A stretch of 64,000 bases of DNA from Asterionella formosa. Lineage: Eukaryota. This document shows, in pieces, positions 58,245 through 64,000 of the stretch (position 1 is its first letter; each line of letters begins with the position of its first letter). The position numbers and the translations under genes were made by a program. Location of the stretch: contig NKIB01009591.1 of the NCBI GenBank assembly GCA_002256025.1, positions 1 through 64,000 on the forward strand. Reading direction: 5' to 3'. A model generated the notes under the pieces. The model worked only from the letters and a program-made list of their open reading frames with translations. It searched no databases and was not told the DNA's origin.

Positions 58245-60733
58245 TGGTTTCGTTCGGCTGCTCGTCGCTGGGTCCGACCTCCGTAAATGACTATATGCTT
58301 TCCTTGCAACAGAATCAAAGTTCCACCAGGATGGAAAGATTTAAAGTGTTCACGTTAGGTTACACAGCTGATGTTAATCCACTTCCCTCGGATGGAAAAA
58401 GGTACCAACAAGGACAAAAACAAAAATCTATTTTCTTAGTAACAGACAGCCTCGCTTTATGTGCTCGTGTGTGCTGCCTGCTTTTCTGTTGTTCCCTTGT
58501 TCTTGCGTGACGGAACCCAAAGCATGTCTCAACTGGGTACCCTGGTACCTGGTATACCAGGTACCTGGATCATAGAACTGTGCCGGTGCAAAGTTGACAC
58601 CACCATTTAATCCAGGAAATGATAAGTATGTAGTTCGTAAGCAATAATTAATACTATACCAGGGTACCTGATACCTGGTACCGAGTACTGCACGTGTACC
58701 TGTTCAGTGGTCTGTTTCGACCTGAAACAGAGTGTCCTTTGAAGTCCACGAAATGAATAACGGTACCAGGTACCAGGTACCAGGTACTGGTACCAGGTAC
58801 CGGCCCACTGGGTTACACTGGTGGCTGTAGAAACAGGTACAGACGGACTCCTGTGGAAGGTCCGGTAAAACACTTTTTACTTACGCGAATATTCGGCTAA
58901 ATATCTCGACTACCATACATTTACCTGGTATCGTACCAAGGGGTGCAGTGTGTAAATGTAAATTCTCTGCCTGTATGAAGTATCATACTGTACATAAGAG
59001 TATGCATCACATCAGCGAGGATAGGCAGTGCTACCGGCCGTATAGTCAGCAAGCAACGCACATTGGGGACAGGAAGCGTGGTGGTTTGCCGGGGCCTCCA
59101 TACGTAGGAAAGAACATGCCGGTACATACCGGAACACTATTTATACAGCCATGTACGACCGGTATTTATACCCGCAAATGCCAACATAAGCAAGGGTTGG
59201 GGGTGGGAAAAATTTTCTTCTCTGCTACATTGCTAACCGTCGGCAACCAGCCAGATCAAGTGGCTGTTCCGACAATAGCTCTGGACGAGGATTAACAATC
59301 AAGAACGCCAGTCCGAACCGCTCTTCAGAAAAACGAAGAATTGTGGTTCTTATACCTTGTGGTATAATAACCACAATTCTGTCAGATGGATGTGTTCCCA
59401 CTATCTGCAGAGTCTGCACCCCCTCTGTTGCCGTACTGCACAGGTAACCTTGCGTCGCCTTTTCTTCGAGCTCCCTGGGTAGTGTCCACTGTTTCCATCC
59501 TGCTTAGCTTGTAGCATGTGCGGGTTGTCATACATTTTCACATCTGGGGTTCACATATTCTTTTAATATTTATAAGCAGTCATCCTTCACGATAGGGTCA
59601 TTATCTTCCATCACCTTGTCCTTGATCTCTTTAACTATAACTGTTAACATGGAACCAACATAGGTTGAACAACACATGTTACTTGCTTCTTGGATCATAT
59701 GCACAGTCAAGGCATGCAGAAACAGTAGGAAAAGGGGGGCGAAAGTCCCAACCACTTTCCTCATGAAATAGATTTTGAGTACATGTTCTTCCAAACTAAA
59801 TGTTAAATGACTGTAAGTCGTCACTTCTTGCCTCAGACCAGGTATCCAGTTTAAATGCCCTACCGGAACTTCCTTCATCAACTGAATAAGCAAACAGATC
59901 GTTGACCTCCATTTGATCCTTGAATCCTATATTATTAGTGCTTATCTACCTGTATTCCAATAATAATCCCTTCACATGTGTCAGCTGAAGGATAATGTTG
60001 CAAATCCTTGTTATGGTATCAGAATACATGCTAATTTTCCAGATCATGGCTTGCAGCGTTTACCTCTAGGTTATCCATACTGATGGAAGTAGACAATTTT
60101 GGACACCTGTTTCTCCTTCATTACTGGTATTATGTATTCGTTACCATATCACTTACTGGTACTTCACACTAGGAATACGGCTACAACACCATATTTAGGC
60201 ATAGACCAGATATGCTGCTAAATCCTTATGATCCAAGTTCATTTCTTTTACTTGTTTTTTGTTGCTCCTCATTGCTCACCAACCAAACACACTCAAAATT
60301 GTTAGAAAAGGCAGGCAACCAGCTGACTTTTCAGTTCAATATTTATACATACCCATAAATTTCCGTTACTACCAGTAGTTCTAATACCTGGTATATATGA
60401 TGGCTTCTACGAACTGCAACAGGTATAGTACAGCAGCTTATTCAACATCACCTGATACCCTGGGACAGTAACTGTAAAAGCAGTAAAGCCCATTCAACAG
60501 TTGGAATCAACATGTTGGGAATCGATTTTTTACATTCTTACTATGCATATTCATGCCAAGCCTAGAACTGATGCTTACCTCAACCTAGGACTTATATAGA
60601 CGTGTTCAACAAGGAACATCCATGTTTTTGAGTATCGTTTTATGAAGAATCTCCTGCTTAATCTTGCAGCTGTTCTGCTAAATATATAAATGAATCCTGT
60701 TTCAACAACACCCCCATGAAGGATAATGTAAAA

Positions 60734-60829
60734 CATGCAAAATTCAAACAACCAGTACTATTCCTTGCTCGAATTCAAAAGCATGCAAATTTCAAACGAC
60801 CAGTACTATTCCTTGCTTGAATTCAAAAG
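60734..60829. repeat. Direct tandem duplication, 2 x 48 bp, covering the stop codon of the 60806-61243 gene
   Basis: CATGCAAAATTCAAACAACCAGTACTATTCCTTGCTCGAATTCAAAAG repeated with 3 mismatches. Confidence 0.92.
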
Positions 60830-61243
60830 AATCTGACAAACCATATCTGGCTCATTGCAATTAAAGACGTAGGCATGTTTGTTGGTCGATACTTTTACAC
60901 CAGGCCCATTCTTTCCAATGTACCCAATTTCGCCTTTTAGATTGAGTCGAATTCCCCACCCTCGCCAGTGCCAAAGTCCATTGATATTTTGAATCACCTC
61001 TGCATTCGTTATCTCAACGCGAGCGATGGTGACTCGAGTCATTTCCCATGAATACCCAAAGACAAGTTCTGTAGACGTGACGGTGACAGAGTATTCCCAG
61101 AACATTGGCAACAGAAAGGGCACCAGAATCAATGCCGGAAGAAAAGGAGGTTTCCATTCTTCGTGGTATAACGGTATTTCAGTACAAGCGACATCAGTAA
61201 TGCTGGAAGAAAGAGAGGTGGATGCTGTCATTTCTGTCGTCAT
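60806..61243 (-). CDS. Hypothetical small membrane protein (bacterial PH-like fold possible)
   Basis: 145-aa ATG ORF with one hydrophobic segment, then a beta-rich region with 'W.WRGWGIRLNL.G..GYI...GPGV'. Confidence 0.7.
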   Translation of the reverse strand: MTTEMTASTSLSSSITDVACTEIPLYHEEWKPPFLPALILVPFLLPMFWEYSVTVTSTELVFGYSWEMTRVTIARVEITNAEVIQNINGLWHWRGWGIRLNLKGEIGYIGKNGPGVKVSTNKHAYVFNCNEPDMVCQILLNSSKE

Positions 61244-61569
61244 GACTTGTGTAAATGTGTTCGTGAGTTGATGATAAATTGCTTCGATGACTTTGCTTCT
61301 CGTTCACAAGAATCAACAAGTGACTTCGCGTCAAGCTGATTAGGTACCTGGTACTGTTTGTGCATTTACACACAATGTTAATCACTGATGTTCACAGCAG
61401 CAAGAACCCAGGAAGCGACATGACATCATTTCCGAAAAATAGATCACTTATGAGAGCAATGCTATTATGTACCGGTAGTCAGCATCACGGATCATTACCG
61501 GTATTTCTCAACTAAGGTACCAGGTACCGTATATCCAGGAGAATAGGGTACCTGGTACCAGTACAAGAG

Positions 61570-61748
61570 CAAGTTGCGGTAATTTTGCTGAAACTAAAGA
61601 TTTAGTTATCTTCATCCCAGATTAAAATGTTAGTTTAAGGAACATGACCGCAACTTGTAGGTACCTGGTTAGGGTAAGTTGTGGTCATTTTGCTAATATT
61701 GGATAAAGAAAGCTAAACATTTAGTTTCAGCACAATTACCGCAATTTG
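61570..61748. mobile_element. MITE-like palindromic element
   Basis: Terminal inverted repeats of 36 bp with 32 matches (CAAGTTGCGGTAATTTTGCTGAAACTAAAGATTTAG). The same motif recurs internally and at 2334-2355 and 51421-51445. Confidence 0.6.
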
Positions 61749-63691
61749 GTGATGAGCGTGCGATCTCGCGTTTACCGGTACCTATATCGAGCTCCATATG
61801 GATAGGGCTGCGTTCCATTTATCAGAACTCAATATATAATTATATTTTGGATGATGAAGCATTCCATGAACTTACCTTCATCTGTTTATCTAGATAAAGT
61901 ATATACTAATTAACTGATAAGCTTATATATTCAACAATTATTATTACATCTAGTTGAATTCTTCACTTTGAATTCAAAAAGAGTCAAATTAGAATTTACA
62001 ATGTTGATGTTTTCTCAAATCCCAGTGGTCCCATTGATCAAGGATTTCAACCATCTAAACATCAAGACTAGCATATCTCGTGCATCAATACCAGTTCAAC
62101 ATTCTGAGTCTTTCAACAAGATGAAATTCATGGAAGCTCAGTTGAAGCTTTGTTGAAGCTTTGTTGATTGCTGTGAGTTAATTCCATGACATGATTGCTT
62201 GGCTGCCTAACCTCCAGCAAACACCTTCTACTACAAAATTTACCTTACAGAAATCACCTTTTCTGAATGGATGAACGTTGAAATACTCCCGGATTATCAG
62301 CCCTATGAAATTTTTGATTACGCCATGGTGATATGGTTGGAATACTGTCTTCTTCAGGATAGCTTTCAGTGTGGGTACTGGTACCTGGTGGTGAGGAGCT
62401 ATCCTGCATAGCTATATCGAGCTCTATGTAAGTCCCAGGGGTCCCATCGAGAGATGAAGAATCACAACATGATACTTAACATCAAGACTCAGACCTTTTG
62501 TGTATCCCTCCCACCAGGTCTATGTTTGGAGTCTTTCAACCAAGATGCGATCATTGAACACTCAGTGGCAACCTTTTTGATTGATTTCAGTAAATCCTGT
62601 GATATGGCTAACACATGCACCTTGTTCAGTCCAGCAGATTCCTTGCTTCTTGTTCTCCCACTGCTACAAACGATGCCTTACAGATATTGCCTTTTCTGAC
62701 TGGAAGAGTGTAGCAATACACCCAGATGCTCAGTCCTACTATGACAGTCTCGACAAAGACATGTTGATGTGACTGGAGGATAATCTTCACACTCGATAAA
62801 ACCGGTCAACATGCTGGTGATAGACTTTGCTGCCTGTCTTAAGACCTTAAATAAGCTCCTCAAGATGCCTCATCCAGAAGATCAAGAGGTCTTGGCCAAG
62901 GAAGATTTGAGGTTGATTGTCATTTACTTTATGCCCGGTGCGTGGCAGCAAGAGTTTGCATCATGGACAATCTAGATATTCTAATTAACTGATAAGCTCA
63001 TATATTCAACAAATATTATTTCTTTTATGATAGTTGGATACTTCACCTGTTAGCTACTGTACTCCTGGCAGTGGCAGTAAAAAAAGTTTGCATTCTCCTT
63101 ACTAGGCGAACAATTCTAAGCAACTGCTTTCTGAATTACTGGACCTTCCTCCCCTGTCCCTGATTTTTGTTATCCATGGTCATCGGTCTAGGAGACGGTT
63201 TGTACTATGGGCAAAACTAGGTAAGTTAATTTCCTCTGATTTAGAACTGTCTGTACACTCCGCTATTGTTTCTTGGAATACCAGAGTGAGCTACCTGATG
63301 ATAGTACGGGGAACAATAAGCCTGATCCTATGTATCTACCGGTACACATGTACTCCGGACTCTGGAGTACCAGTACCAGGGTACCAGGTACCACCCTGGT
63401 AGACAAACACCCATGGTACCAGGGTACCAGGGTACCCTGACCCGACCAAGACAAAGATCTACTAGAGATGTCAAAAATCTATGTATGTATGCAAACTATC
63501 TCACCAAAGATTGTCTTCTGCTTTTTAGTTCAACAAAAAACTGTATACCGGTGTATCATATCAGTATTCTGGCTAATGATTATATAATAACTTAAATGGC
63601 AGTTTGTTGTGATCCTCGGCTCAGGAATACTGTTTTCCTTGCTAACAGGTGTATCGGCTCTAAACGATCCAATACATGAATACATACCACC

Positions 63692-64000
63692 ATGACTAAA
63701 AAATCACTGTGCTTCTGCATCCTCTTCACGTACGGATCCGAACTTGTGGCATCGTTTGCTCCAAAATCAGGATGGGCACATCATTACAGCCGTACACCCC
63801 ACTTGAAAATGTCGATACCGAACCCACTTGACACAATCACATCTGGTCTTGCCAGCATCTGCCGCTTTCCAAAAGGGGTGACGGTTGAAAATAATGTCAA
63901 ATCAGGGGCCATATTGGTGCAGCTTTTTGATGTTGAAACGTCTCGTGAGTGTCGCATTGTTAGGGAGCGGATTTCGGAATTGGATCTTGTTGTTCGGGCT
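63692..64000 (+). CDS. 5' part of a plastid-targeted glutathione S-transferase N-terminal (thioredoxin-fold) protein; runs off the window and is absent from the ORF track
   Basis: Manual translation MTKKSLCFCILFTYGSELVAS-FAP...TSGLASICR...QLFDVETSRECRIVRERISELDL resembles 'LYEFEACPFCRRVRE..TELDL' of plastid GST-N proteins. Confidence 0.78.
   Translation, partial: MTKKSLCFCILFTYGSELVASFAPKSGWAHHYSRTPHLKMSIPNPLDTITSGLASICRFPKGVTVENNVKSGAILVQLFDVETSRECRIVRERISELDLVVRA

Overview
Eukaryotic nuclear DNA, almost certainly from a diatom or a related photosynthetic stramenopile. Genes are compact with short GT-AG introns, four proteins carry a signal peptide plus an 'ASAFAP'-type plastid transit motif, and Ty1/copia fragments of diatom type are present. 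About 21 protein-coding genes can be supported. They include an SDR, a plastid SEC-C/YchJ protein, a hemerythrin-like protein, POLE3/DPB4, an amino-acid transporter, mitochondrial Lon, an ABC1 kinase, a divergent FANCD2-like protein, a plastid AhpC/TSA-like protein, La, a Pro/Thr mucin-like protein, a Gfo/Idh/MocA-like protein, a 2OG-Fe(II) oxygenase, TSR3, class II fumarase, a Ser/Thr kinase and a truncated plastid GST-N protein. The most notable non-coding signals are two copies of a tRNA-derived SINE, each with its own perfect target-site duplication and a variable number of B-box repeats, and a pervasive palindromic GGTACC/CCWGG micro-repeat concentrated in intergenic DNA. MITE-like inverted repeats, a 162-180 bp tandem repeat and one assembly gap are also present. 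All calls come from reading the sequence by eye; no database searches were run.
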